A DNA stretch of 64,000 nucleotides from Utricularia gibba (GCA_002189035.1 NEEC01000013.1:2976001-3040000), one strand, 5' to 3'; shown: positions 35,801-48,083, counted from the first letter of the stretch. Notes: generated by a model from the letters alone, not told the origin. Numbers and translations: made by a program.

Positions 35801-36946
35801 TTCACGGAGCCACTAGTCCACGTGCTCCAATTGTAAATCATCTCCAGTTTCATATGTAAAAAAACAAATATAATAAATAATAATTCCACTCACATCAAAT
35901 TGCTTGAATATCGATTCCATACTAAATTTTTTTACCGTAGAAGTAAAAATAAATCCACACTTGAAAAGGGGTCGATATTTCATATTCTATACGATATGCT
36001 CGTAGAAGTAAATCTGACTATTTTTACCGTCAAAAAAAGTAAAAAAATAAATATAATTTAATTTACTTGGGAAGAGGATATGGCAATGGCAATGGCAATG
36101 AATGAGGTGGGTGGAGATCTGAAGTTCACGGGATTTGGCGCATTATAAATGAAACATCCGCTCCATTATCAATTCCGATACCGGCAATGCGTTCGTTCAA
36201 GCAATAAAGAGGTATTAATATGCAGGCAGGCAGCCCACTGCCGACCCCTTCAATGGGATGTAGGGTTCACTTATTTCAACCATAGGTGCTTGATGACGCC
36301 AATCAGTGCTCTCTCCTCTAAGGACGGCGCTATGGGTTTCAGTGATCGCACGGATGTTGGTTTCTCTAACCGCCAACTTCTACAAGCACTTCACTCGGGT
36401 TTGTTTACAGACCAAAAAAGGATGCAGGAAGCAATGGAAACGCGGGGGGATGAGTGGATAAGGAAGCACTGTTCATATGAAAAGAACGAGGGAAGATTTT
36501 GTCCTGTTACTTTGCTGGGCAATCCAGTGGATTCCATTTAGCATTTACTTTTACACCCATCCTCAGTTATGTTGGTCTTGGTTTTCCACAGAGGTGGGGT
36601 GACATCTAAAACGGATGTGCAGGACAAAAAAAGGTGAAATCTTTCAGAATGGATGATAAAAAAAAGTAAACGGATCATTGGTTGTATTGGGGTATTGGAT
36701 TGGTGGGTATTCTTACAAATGCTTTACTAGTTAAAAGTGGGGGATCATGAAGGGGTCACTGTGGTGGGGCTTGAGGCGTGGTTTTTTCTTGCGAGGGGAA
36801 GGGAAACATCCCGAATATTTATGTTGCTCGCATTTACGCTTCGGCTATTACAAAGCCTCTGTCGTGTCTCGGACACGCCTTCTTTTTCATGGGACTTCTT
36901 CAGTAGTTGACCCAGTCCGTTGGAGTTGCTTGCTCTGGTAACAGAT

Positions 36947-39082
36947 ATGGGAAATTGCCTTGTGTTGTCTGCAAGAGTTGATGCAACTCTCAGCTCCGCG
37001 TCTGGTACTCTTCTTCTCCTATTCTTCCTACATTGGAGTAAAGGTTCTTGAATTTGGTCTGTTTCTTGTGTAGTACAATGTAACTGATTGCCTGAAAGAG
37101 GAGATACCCTGTGTTATATGTTCTGGTTTTCTGAGATTGCCAATTGATCCTGAGTATCTTCAGTAGGAGTTTTTCCCTTGGATAAGCGCTTTAGTGAAGT
37201 ACTGCTTGTTTTTGCCACATATTCATTCTTCATTCCTTTTTCTTCTCTTAGAGGGTTCAAGAATCGATAAGATATCAAGCAGGTCATCCGCTCCTTCAAC
37301 CGGAATCACTACCTTGGAATGTAGGAAAATCATTGCAGACGAAAGTAAGAAGAAAAAAATACCCAAAAGCCTTCCTTTTCCAAGATCAGAGGCTGAGTTC
37401 TTGTCATCAATCAATCTGAAACCCTTCTCCTTTAACGAACTAAAGAAAGCAACTCGAAACTTTCTGCCGGACGGCCTCCTCGGCGAAGGCGGATTCGGGT
37501 ACGTTTACAAAGGATGGATTGATGAGCGTACGCTGAATGCTGTGAGGCCTGGAAGTGGAATGATCGTTGCTGTGAAGAAGCTGAAGCCTGAAGGGTTCCA
37601 GGGCCACAAAGAATGGCTGGTACTTGTCCTCTAGATGCCTTGGTTGCTGCTGTTAGCCCTTTTCTTCTGACTGTGCTGTACTTGTGCAGACAGAAGTGAA
37701 CTATCTGGGACAACTTCGCCATCCAAATCTGGTTAAGCTCATAGGATACTGCTCTGAGAGAGAAAACCGGCTTCTCGTCTACGAGTATATGCCTCGAGGA
37801 AGCCTCGAAAACCACTTGTTCCGAAGTATGCATCCTTATAGCAAGCCTTTCCATACGTTCATCCCCTAAGTTTGTGAAAGATAACACTCTTTTTTTCCAG
37901 GAGGTAGCCATTCCCTGTCGTGGGCTACTAGGATCAAGATCGCCACTGACGCTGCTCGTGGGCTCGTTTTCCTTCATGAAGCTGAAGAGCAAGTCATATA
38001 CAGAGATTTCAAGGCGTCCAACATTCTTCTTGATGGGGTAGTTCTATTGGATGATCTGAGATATCATCCATTTCACCCTCATTCTTGTGCCATGTATGAG
38101 CACATTTGATATTGAGACCGCTTTGGTGAATGCAGGAATTCAATGCCAAGCTATCGGATTTCGGTTTGGCGAAGGCCGGTCCGAAAGGGGACAGAACACA
38201 TGTGTCAACTCAAGTCATGGGTACACAGGGCTATGCTGCTCCTGAATACGTTGCCACAGGTTACAGAACTGAAGCTTGCCCCTTGGTTTTAATGGGCTCA
38301 TCTTCTAACAAAAGTGTCTGCAACCAGGTAGATTGTCTTCGAAGAGCGACGTGTACAGTTTCGGAGTCGTTTTGTTGGAGTTGCTGTCCGGCCGTCCTGC
38401 GATCGACAAATCAAAGGTTGGTGATGAGCAGAATTTGGTGGACTGGGCCGCAGTGTACTTAGCAGACAGAAGGAAGTTGTTTCGAATAATGGATGTTCGG
38501 CTCGAGGGTAAGTACTCTCAGAGGGCTGCCTTCGCCGCCGCTGCGATTGCTTCCGAATGCATAAACCATGACCGGAAGCTACGGCCGCGAATGACCGATG
38601 TGTTGGCGAAACTCGAAGAGCTCCAACCCCTGGATCGGTCCGCAAGAAACTCGACTTGTGATAGGCTGGATCGGTCTGCGAGAAACTCGACTTGTGATAG
38701 GCTGGATCGGTCTGCGAGAAACTCGACTTGTGATAGGCTGGATCGGTCTGCGAGAAACTCGACTTGTGATAGGCCGGATCGTTCTGCGCGAAATTCGACT
38801 TGCGAGAGGCCGGATCGGTCTGCGAGAAACTCGACTTGTGATAGGCCGGATCGGTCTGCGAGAAACTCGACTTGCGAGCGGCCGGATCGGTCTGCGAGAA
38901 ACTCGACTTGTGAGCGGCCGGATCGGTCTGTGAGGAACTCGGCTTGTGAGAGGCCCGATCGATCTGCTAGAAATTCAACCTGTGAGAGGCTGGATCGATC
39001 CACCAGAAACTCGACTTGTGAGAGGCCAGCATTCCCTGTGAACCAACTACCTCTACCTTCTCCTCCTGCAGTTGCTATTTAG
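36947..39082 (+). CDS. Receptor-like cytoplasmic kinase VII, PBL2/PBL3/PBL4-like, 6 exons, repeat-expanded C-tail
   Basis: MGNCL acylation-type start. [61 protein letters not shown] and [12 protein letters not shown] are all intact. Confidence 0.95.
38630..39025 (+). repeat. Coding minisatellite, 11 x 36 bp, encoding [L/P]DRSARNSTC[D/E]R
   Basis: Unit CTGGATCGGTCTGCGAGAAACTCGACTTGTGATAGG, counted 11 times in frame (396 bp) in the last kinase exon. Confidence 0.97.
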
Positions 39083-39408
39083 CTCTGAATGTTCCCAGAA
39101 GTCGTTCTATGTAACTTAGCTTTTGAGCAACTTTTCAGTCCTCGTCCATGTAATGTATTGTAGAACATGCTCTAGAAGCGAAATGGAGATACAGTACCAT
39201 AAAGACTGGTAAAGAGCATGGAGCACAGTCCCTAAGCTGTCAAAGAATGCATATAGCCACGACCAGAGCCATCACCTTGGCAATCCCTCGCAATTTTGTA
39301 TCTTGTCATTAGTGAAGGAGGGTGTAAGAGAAGCATCCCGTAAACAACACAAGCCAGCGGCAACAGGCGCTTCGCGCAAGGAAGCTTCTGGCGCAGACGG
39401 CATCTTTC

Positions 39409-39650
39409 AAGCTGTGTCTCGCAAATAAGGGGATCCTGGGTTCGAACCGCCTGCAACCAATCGAGGTGATCACTTAACTTGGAAATCTATGGGGAGAAGT
39501 TGCGCTCGATGATCTTTTCAGTGGCGGCGACGTAGCTTTCTTCATCAAGAAGAACCGATTTCCTCAAATGTCTTAGGGTTTCGATCGGCATGATGGGAAC
39601 GGAGAGGAACAGGCGACGACACGGCGCGGGAAATGGCTGGGTGATGACAG
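39409..39650 (-). pseudogene. 5' fragment of splicing factor ESS2/DGCR14
   Basis: The minus strand reads LLDEESYVAATEKIIERNFSP*ISKLSDHLDWLQAVRTQDPLICETQL, matching the recalled plant ESS2 N-terminus (VLDED.YV.AIEKIIERD.FPDI.KLRDRLDW.QAV.T.DP). In-frame TAG at 39487-39489, no intact start, and similarity ends abruptly. Confidence 0.85.
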
Positions 39651-39916
39651 CCCAATAAGATCACAAGATCCGGCCGGTTTATGTTGTGGGAAAAGCCGAA
39701 GGCTCATTGGACTACACTTGGGCCGATCCAGAAGATCGGGCCCGAGCCACCGGAGATCCACAATGGGAATATTCTGTTGGAAATACGATACTACGAAAAA
39801 AGGAAATTAGAGAAAGGAGAATAAAATTCCGAAACCCAACACGAGGGGAAGAGTCAGTCTTCTGTTGTGTGGTTGTCTGTAGAAAAGTTTCTCAACACAT
39901 CTCGGCGAGAACGAAA

Positions 39917-41637
39917 ATGGTGTACGTGAAGAGTACAGGGCTGTATTCTGATATTGGAAAGAAGGCCAGAGGTGAATTTTTTCATCTATCGGTTTGAATT
40001 CGTAGCATGTGCCGCTGTTGTTTCTTGAAACTTGGTAAAGGGGCAATCGAGGGGGAAATGATTTGATGCTTTGCTATGGGTTTTCTCAGATCTTCTCTAC
40101 AAGGACTATCAGGGAGACCACAAATTCACCCTCACAACCTACACTTCAAGCGGGGTGGTTGGTGATTCTGTTTCTTTCTTAGGTTTTCGTTTTTTGAAAT
40201 GAACGTCGCCCCAGATCACGGGGCTTGTGAAAAAGGCTTTCTTTTTCGATATTAGGCTGCTTTAGTGCTCTTAAGTTGAACTATTTCTGATTTGAGTAAT
40301 TGCATTGTCTTTTTATTACTATTGGATTGTTTTCTTTCTCTGTAGCTTTACTTTATTGGCTCATGCATTTAGGGTTCTCTAGACGCTTGAACGTATCGGG
40401 TGTCTTTACTTGGATGGTATATGATGTCAGGATATCTGATGAGCTTATTAACGGGTTTTACGTTGGCATTTGTTGACGTTTGTGTATTTCTGCGTAAACC
40501 GTAGAAAGTGTGCAGAAGTATAGTCATTGTCAGTGGAAAAAGCTAGAACGAGCTTTAAGAGCATACTGATTTTGCTGTTGTATTCGGTTTGTGTAGTCGA
40601 TTACTTCATCTGGGCTTAAGAAGGGTGATCTGTTGTTCGCTGATATTAGCACCCAACTGAAGCAGAAGAACATCACCACTGATGTAAAAGTTGATCTTAA
40701 CTCTAAGGTATTGTACTGTCTTCAGACCGCTACAGGATACTTGGAAAATTCTCTTGTGATATGTGTACCTTGTGTTTGCCACGTACACAAGTATAAAATG
40801 TCTTCTCATTCAGGTTCAAACAACTGTCACTGTTGATGAGCCTGCTCCTGGAGTGAAGGCCATCATTAGCTTCAATGCACCAGACCCGAAATCTGGGAAG
40901 GTGATTTTCCCTTTTGTAGTCAAGCCTGTTTGATGATACTGTTTACATGGTTTCCTCCAAGGCACTTGAGGACAATCCACTGTTATCAGAATGTTGATAC
41001 TTTCATTATGTTGAACTTCTGGCCACAGGTGGAACTTCAGTATTTTCATGAGTATGCTGGAATTACGACCAGCCTTGGGCTGACAGCAAAGCCAGTTGTC
41101 AACTTCTCTGGCGTTGCTGGAAGTCCAACCCTCTCTTTTGGAACTGACGTCTCCTTTGACACGGCTACTGGGAATTTTACCAAGTACAATGCAGGGCTCA
41201 GCTTCACCAAAGCTGATTTGATTGCGTCATTGATCCTGTATGTAACTTGCAGAAAATCACACAGCATGTCATCCCACTCCGGGGCACCATCAAATACTGA
41301 TACATGTTTCTTGGGCTCATCTTCATGCAGGAATGACAAGGGTGAAAACCTAACCGCATCATACTTCCACACAGTTAGCCCCTTGACCAACACTGCAGTT
41401 GGAGCTGAGTTTACTCACAATTTCTCAACCAATGAAAACACACTGAATATTGGTACGCAGCATCTTCTTGATCCTCTGACGACGGTGAAGGCTAGAGTAA
41501 ACAGCTATGGTAAAGCCAGCGCTCTCATCCAGCATGAATTCCGCCCCAAGTCTCTGATCACAGTTTCAGGCGAAGTGGACACCAGAGCCATTGAGAAAAG
41601 CGCGAAGATTGGACTAGCTTTAGCTCTTAAGCCATGA
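39917..41637 (+). CDS. VDAC: Mitochondrial outer-membrane porin VDAC, 6 exons
   Basis: [79 protein letters not shown]. Exon phases are consistent. Confidence 0.95.
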
Positions 41638-43665
41638 AACTTTGAGGTGCAGTGCTCCTGAAAATGCGATGCATTCTTTTTTCCCCCAATAAGGCAAACT
41701 GTTGATTTATATCAACAACATTGGAGAGTTGTCACTTTGCTCACTCTTTATTGTAGCAATAACCCTTTGTGAACCATTTATGCTGGAGCTTCAAAATTTG
41801 CCAGTAAAATTATGCTGCGAAGAGTAAATCGTATCACATCACACCAAAGAATTCATCCTACACCTACCCCCACCTCAAGAACTGAAAAAGCACATGGGAG
41901 TTGGGGTCAACATTGGCAGAGCAGAGAAGCGAAGAGATCACTGCGCTGCTCAAGAAAAGAGGGATTCACATTCACATTGGAATGCCTGAAGCACACATAC
42001 ATTACAAGAGTGCAAATTTCCGCAACGACAGTGAGGATCATCGCTTCTCCAGGAACGCACAACCAACCCTTGGCTTCCAATTCCATTCCCTTCCCATGTT
42101 GATTTGAAACAAGACGGCGGCGGCATGTCGGAATACCAGCAAACTTCACTTCGCATCAATCAATCCATTACTAACCAACCATCAGTACCCTTGTCCTAGT
42201 TCCTTCCTTTCCCTTTTAGTTGGGCCCCGTTCCCACGGTCGCCGTAAATCGGCCCAGCCCATTAGGAATGATTCGCAGCAGCAGTGGCAGCAAAACAGCC
42301 GTCGATCCGGTGGTGGTAGGCGAGGCGAGGCGAGGGGGACAGGACATGTGAAGAAATCCAACACTGGGCCCAGACAGCGACCTATAAAACCGAATGTGGG
42401 CCAGCCAATAGAAAATTAAATCAGGGAAGCGCCCCTCCTCCGCATTCACTCGCCACAAGTACCGAGGCAGCTCTTGGCTTCTCATTCCGTTCCATCCACA
42501 TCCCCCCCTAAAACACTTTATCATTTTAATTTCTATATACGTAAAAAAAATTATTCTACCTACTTACTGGCTTGTGCATGCAAAAACGTGAATATAATAC
42601 TTGTATTTTGGGACGTCTCCTTATCTCTATTCCATCACCAACTTCAGCCATTTCACGCTTTTTGTTGATATGAGAAGAAAACAAGAGATCGAGAGAGAGA
42701 TTTTAATTAACTTTTGATGTGCAAAAGGGGAAGAAAGAGAGGACAGGTGGGGGTTTCTGATTGGCTGCTTTGGATGCTACGTCATTCATCAGAGTTGGTA
42801 GAAAAGCCCTAAATTCTAAAGGGGGCGCAGAGCTGGCAATTTGATGCCGACTGATTGGACTGCTTCTTGCCCTTGTTTTTCTTCCAACTTGTCATTTCTT
42901 ATTTCCTCCCCCCTCTTTCCCTTTTTACCCCTTTGCTTTTTCCCTCATTTTATTTTATTTTTACAAGCTGCCGCCGCGCATTTGTTTTTTTTTTTTTTTA
43001 CTCCAGTTGGTTTTTTGATGCTGTTTATGGAATTATTTAGAGCATTTCTAGATTATTCTCTCCTAAAATTAATATTATTTGGATTTACGAGCTAAATCCA
43101 GTGAGGGGGGATCGGAGAGCTAAATGCGTAATTTCACATCCTGAGTTTCTTTCCCGCAAGAAACGAGCTGCTCTGTTATATTCTGCCTGGAGCTTCATCT
43201 TCTTCCTTCTTCACACTCGCGGAATCTCTCTTTTCTCATCTTCCTCACCCATCCGCTGTTTTCCGTTTCCAGGCCTGAGTAAAAAGATAACTCCGTACTT
43301 TCCGCCTCTGCAAACGGATGGGTGTCTGCTTCACATCCATGGCGAGAACTGTTGCATTTCCCTAAACTCGTTTCACTTCATCAACGTCATCGTTTTCGAT
43401 AATTTTCACTGTAAAGTTACCATCTTTCTGGAAAATCAATGGAAAACGTCACCGAAGTTTACGATTGCTCTGCGTCTGACACCGTTTTCGTCAAGAGCGA
43501 GAACGCTTCCTGTGACCCCCCTCTCTGGGTCGCTTCTTTTCAAGGTAAAAGATCAATATTTCTGCTCTCTTCTCGTGATTTGTTGTTGTTGTTTTTTTTT
43601 TTTTCTATTTGAAGACATTCGCGCTGATTTTGAGAAATGTGCAACAAGGGGGGGATGTTGATAAA

Positions 43666-44378
43666 ATGGAGAATTCCGGTGAGGAATACGATGGCGGTGG
43701 TTTGCAGAAGAAACGACGCTTGAAACCGGAGCAAGTTCAGTTTCTGGAGAAAAGCTTCGAGCTGGAGAACAAACTTGAGCCAGAGAGGAAAGCTCAGCTT
43801 GCTAAAGAAGCTGGTTTACAGCCCAGACAAGTTGCAATCTGGTTTCAGAACAGAAGAGCAAGATATAAAACCAAGCTCCTGGAGAAAGATTACACTTGTT
43901 TAAAAGCAAGCTATGAGAAATTGAAAGCGGATTACGTTAAGCTTTTCCAGGAGAACGAGGAAATGAGAAACGAGGTAACCACAGACTCAAACACGGACTG
44001 ATCTCAGTTGTTCTCCTTGTTGTTGTAAATGGTAACGTTTTCCGTGCCCAGATCAAATCCCTAACCGGGAAAGCGGGCGTGGGAGAAAAAAGGGAGACCA
44101 AGGAAGAGAAATCTGATCAAATTTCCCCGCTGGAGAAGGCGGCGGAGGAGGTGACACCGGCAGCGGCGAGTTCCGATGTTGTGGATTCGGACAGCGTGCA
44201 TTGTGGTGACTCGGAGGAGTACTCGCAAGAAGAAGAGGACGAAACCCCGTGTAAAGTTCTGCTGCATCATCCCTTCTTCCCGAAGCTTGAGTTGGAATCA
44301 CACGATGATCTCCAGCCGAATTGCTGTAATCTTGGATTCCCCGTTCAGAAGCAGGGCACCTGGTTCTGGCACTACTGA
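43666..44378 (+). CDS. HD-Zip class I transcription factor (HAT5/ATHB1/ATHB54-like); N-terminus uncertain
   Basis: [62 protein letters not shown] plus leucine zipper. Intron 43975-44051. C-terminal WFWHY motif. Confidence 0.92.
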
Positions 44379-46262
44379 TTTTCAATTTCACTTCCGTACA
44401 GTCGTCTGTAAATTGTAAGAACGAGCGATCACCAAAATCCCTTCTTCCCGGTACCCCACACAACTGTGCTTACAATTAACCTAATAAAACTCAAAATATC
44501 TCGCCGATTTTTTAATTAACACATTTTTCAAACTTGTGTTTTTTAATTAATTATGAAAAATATATTGGAGTTCACAATGTGGAGAATAAATAGAAAATAA
44601 AAATGTCATTTTAATTAAAAATGTGACGTTGTATCGGCTTAGTACCCTACCGTTATTCGATTTCGGAGGTGGGCATAACATAAGATGAAACCAACATGTG
44701 CACCATGCCATGCATTGCGCCATCTCCGTGAGAAGGAGATATTTTTAGGGAGGGGGCTCCTGTCCTGTCTGAACGCGAAACCGATGAATGGGTAAAGGAA
44801 TCAATCTACCCTACAAAGGAGGAAAAATGGGGAGCACCCAGCCCACAAAGTCAACAAAAAAGCCCTCCTTTTTCCCTTTCTTTCTTGTTTATTATTGACT
44901 TTTTTTGAACCCAGCCACATTTTTCAAATTACTCAAAACATTATTTTAAATACCCAAAAACACAATCATCACCCCCATTCAATTATGATCTAAAAATGAT
45001 TTTAAATTGATGGTGGGATTTGCACTGTCCATGGGTGAAAAGGAGCATTTAATTAAAACGGATTCAGATCAGATTTTGGGGGAAAAAAAGGATACATAGA
45101 AGAAGCACTCCTGCAATTGGGTGACAAGAGCTAGCTGCAATTGGATGGCTTCATTTTGGATTATCCTATTTAAAGCATTAATTGGGACATTGCATGCTTC
45201 AATAGGAAAAAAAAAAAAAACATATAATTGACAAGTGAAAAGGACAACAAAATATTTACATATGCAATCCTGACAACTGCTGCTCATCCATCCATACCTT
45301 CGACCCATTCGTGAGCACAGTGGCCAGCCAATAAAAAATGGTAATATCTACACACTATTTTTGTATTTTTTTTCATTAATTTGACGCAATAAATATAATA
45401 TACTGCCAAAAGTTTATTAATTTATTGATTTCATTGCCCCGTAAAATAAATGTTGAAGCACGCGCCGCACCCGAAGCGTTTTTGGTAGACGGCAGAGATC
45501 GTGCGAACGTGGTCCATCTCCACGGCTGTATCTGCTCCACGTGTAACATCACTTTCACGAATGGGCCATACGATAATGGGCCTGTCCCACGTCGGGCTCA
45601 AAGCCTTTAAGTTATGGACTGTAGCTAGGGAGCGATCGGGGATATTGCGGTTGAGAATTGGCGCCCCTGACACGGATTTATTTTTTTGAATTGATTGCTG
45701 GGGAGGTTGGAATGTATTGTTGTGATTGTCGGTTGTAAATCTAGGGTTTGATGATGTGAATTGTGCGGGAGCTTTTTTTTTAATGCGATTGACAGTGAGT
45801 AATTTAGAGGTAATTTTGAGCCTGTTCGGGTTTTGGTTTTTTGTGATTCCCACCCAGTTCTCGGTATAGGGATGTGGTGTTTTGGAGCGGGGAATGCGTT
45901 ACACATTCGAAGCTTGCTTTGTTTTTTTCTTTTTTATGGGTGATGTTCTCGACGCTGACAGGAGAGTCTTGAATGGGCGATGAAGGCATAATGATCAGAA
46001 AAAATGGAGCTGGGGCGCCTGAGCAGACGGGCAACTGGGGACGAGGATGCTTCAACATGAGCTCTAACCACAAATTCTCCGCTCAGCAGCCAAGGGCTCA
46101 TGTCATGGCTCTCTACCTAGCTGACGTGCATTGTCTAATTCATACACCGCAATAAAACTGCTGCTATTCGTTAATCTACTCTTGTGTTTTTACTGCAGCT
46201 GGACAACTGGGCCATGGAGAAATAGATAACATTTTTAGTCCCATCGTTGTGAATGCTTTAGA

Positions 46263-48083
46263 ATGGTCAGTGGATTGCCTGTGACGGGAGCGCCACGCGC
46301 CGTCGGCAGCCTCCGCCGCGATTACCACTTCCAGTTACTGACTACATCTGAATCAATTCCCATAATTCACCTCAAACAAATACATGCTCAAGTCCTCCGT
46401 ACAGTTCAAGAACCTTTGGACAAGTGTCCCGATACCCTGTTTCTTTATAGCAGGCTTATCCAGTTGTCCGCCTTGCATGATCTTGCCTACACACTGCTGC
46501 TTTTTGAACGAATTCCGATTCGAAATCGCAGTACTTTCATTTATAACAATGCAATCAGAGCCTATGCGCACAGCAAAGAGCACAAGGAACAAGCTTTTTG
46601 TCTTTTCAGGGAGCTCTTGGAGCAAGAGAGCTTACATCCAGATAAGCATACGTTTCCCCTTGTTCTTAAGGCTTGCGCTTATTTATTTTCCCTAACCGAA
46701 GGAATGCAAGCTCATGCGCATGTTGTGAAACGTGGGTTCAGCGCTGATGTTTTTGTGAACAACAGTTTGATCCATTTCTACTTTTCATGTGGATGTTCTG
46801 AGAGTGCAAGAAAAGTGTTCGACAAAATGTCGGAAAGAAGCGCAGTCTCTTGGAATGTGATTATTGATGCAATGGTGCAGATGGGGGAGTTTGAAGAAGC
46901 TTTGAGAATGTATCAAGAGATGAAGCTATCCTTCGATCCAGATGGCTACACAATGCAAAGCTTGATAGATGCATGTGCTGGTTTGGGGTCATTATCTATG
47001 GGTATGTGGCTTCACACATTTGTGTTGCGTAATCGTGATGCTTTTGCGGAATCCGAGACTCTTTTGAAGAAATCATTGGTAGAGATGTACTGGAAGTGTG
47101 GTTGTTTAGAAATGGCTGTACAGGTTTTTCAGGGCATCAGCAAACGCGACGTCAATTCTTGGAACTCCATCATCTTGGGGTTAGCAGCTCATGGAGAGGC
47201 AGAGAGTGTCTTCAGATACTTCGATCGGATGATCGATCAAGGAATAAAACCTAATTCCATTACCTTTCTTGGTGTTTTGAGCGCTTGCAGTCACAGAGGT
47301 CTGGTTGATGAGGGTCGTAGGTACTTTAATCTTATGGTGAACTGCTACAAGATTGAGCCTGTTTTGGAGCATTACGGCTGCTTGATCAACCTTTTAGCAA
47401 GCCAAGGCCATATGGATGAAGCTCTAGATATCACATCAAGCATGCCAATTAAGCCTGATGCAGTGATATGGAGAAGCTTACTCAATGCTTGCTGTAAACA
47501 GACCATGGGCTTAGACCTCAGCCAAGAGATGGCAAAACAGATCATGGCAGCTGAAGAGAATCCCAGCAGTGGGGTTTATGTCCTCCTCTCAAGAGTCTAC
47601 GCATCCGCAAAAAGGTGGAACGAGGTTGGCATTGTCCGGAAGCTGATGACTGAAAGGAGTGTGGATAAGGAACCGGGATGTACATCTGTGGAAGTCGATG
47701 GTGTTGCCCATGAGTTCTTTGCAGGAGACACAACTCATCCGCTGCGTACAGAGATCTACCTCTTTCTGAATGAAATACAGGAAAGACTAAGGCTCCATGG
47801 GTACGTTCCGGATCTGTCACAGGCACATTTAGTTGATGAAGGTGAAGAGGGAAAGGAGGATTCACTCAGACTTCACAGTGAGAAACTGGCGATTGCTTTC
47901 GCCATCATGGAATCGAAGTCAAACACAACTATCCGGATGTTCAAGAACTTGGGTGTCTGCAGAGATTGCCATAGTTTCACAAAGCTCGTGTCTGAACATT
48001 TCAACGTGGAGATTGTAATGAGGGACCGGTTGCGGTTCCACCACTTCAAAGATGGCTCGTGTTCTTGCAAAGATGTCTGGTAA
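46263..48083 (+). CDS. CRR28: PLS-type PPR protein with E/E+/DYW domains, CRR28-like plastid RNA-editing factor
   Basis: Intronless 606 aa. PDKHTFPLVLKACAYLF, SFDPDGYTMQS, PDAVIWRSLLNACCK, SGVYVLLSRVYASA and HEFFAGDTTHP closely follow recalled CRR28. HSEKLA and CRDC motifs present; ends DVW. Orthology comes from memory only. Confidence 0.8.
   Translation: MVSGLPVTGAPRAVGSLRRDYHFQLLTTSESIPIIHLKQIHAQVLRTVQEPLDKCPDTLFLYSRLIQLSALHDLAYTLLLFERIPIRNRSTFIYNNAIRAYAHSKEHKEQAFCLFRELLEQESLHPDKHTFPLVLKACAYLFSLTEGMQAHAHVVKRGFSADVFVNNSLIHFYFSCGCSESARKVFDKMSERSAVSWNVIIDAMVQMGEFEEALRMYQEMKLSFDPDGYTMQSLIDACAGLGSLSMGMWLHTFVLRNRDAFAESETLLKKSLVEMYWKCGCLEMAVQVFQGISKRDVNSWNSIILGLAAHGEAESVFRYFDRMIDQGIKPNSITFLGVLSACSHRGLVDEGRRYFNLMVNCYKIEPVLEHYGCLINLLASQGHMDEALDITSSMPIKPDAVIWRSLLNACCKQTMGLDLSQEMAKQIMAAEENPSSGVYVLLSRVYASAKRWNEVGIVRKLMTERSVDKEPGCTSVEVDGVAHEFFAGDTTHPLRTEIYLFLNEIQERLRLHGYVPDLSQAHLVDEGEEGKEDSLRLHSEKLAIAFAIMESKSNTTIRMFKNLGVCRDCHSFTKLVSEHFNVEIVMRDRLRFHHFKDGSCSCKDVW

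Noticed and set aside
38518-39003. 161-aa antisense ORF with [10 protein letters not shown] repeats (also a 111-aa alternative plus frame)
   Set aside because: By-product of the stop-free 36-bp repeat unit in the kinase exon.
38630-39025. Regular repeat array superficially like CRISPR
   Set aside because: Units are contiguous with no unique spacers, in frame within a plant kinase, and there are no cas genes.
39439-39448. GGTTCGAACC, resembling a tRNA T-loop / B-box
   Set aside because: No cloverleaf or A-box; it is the palindromic codon string GCG GTT CGA ACC of the ESS2 pseudogene.
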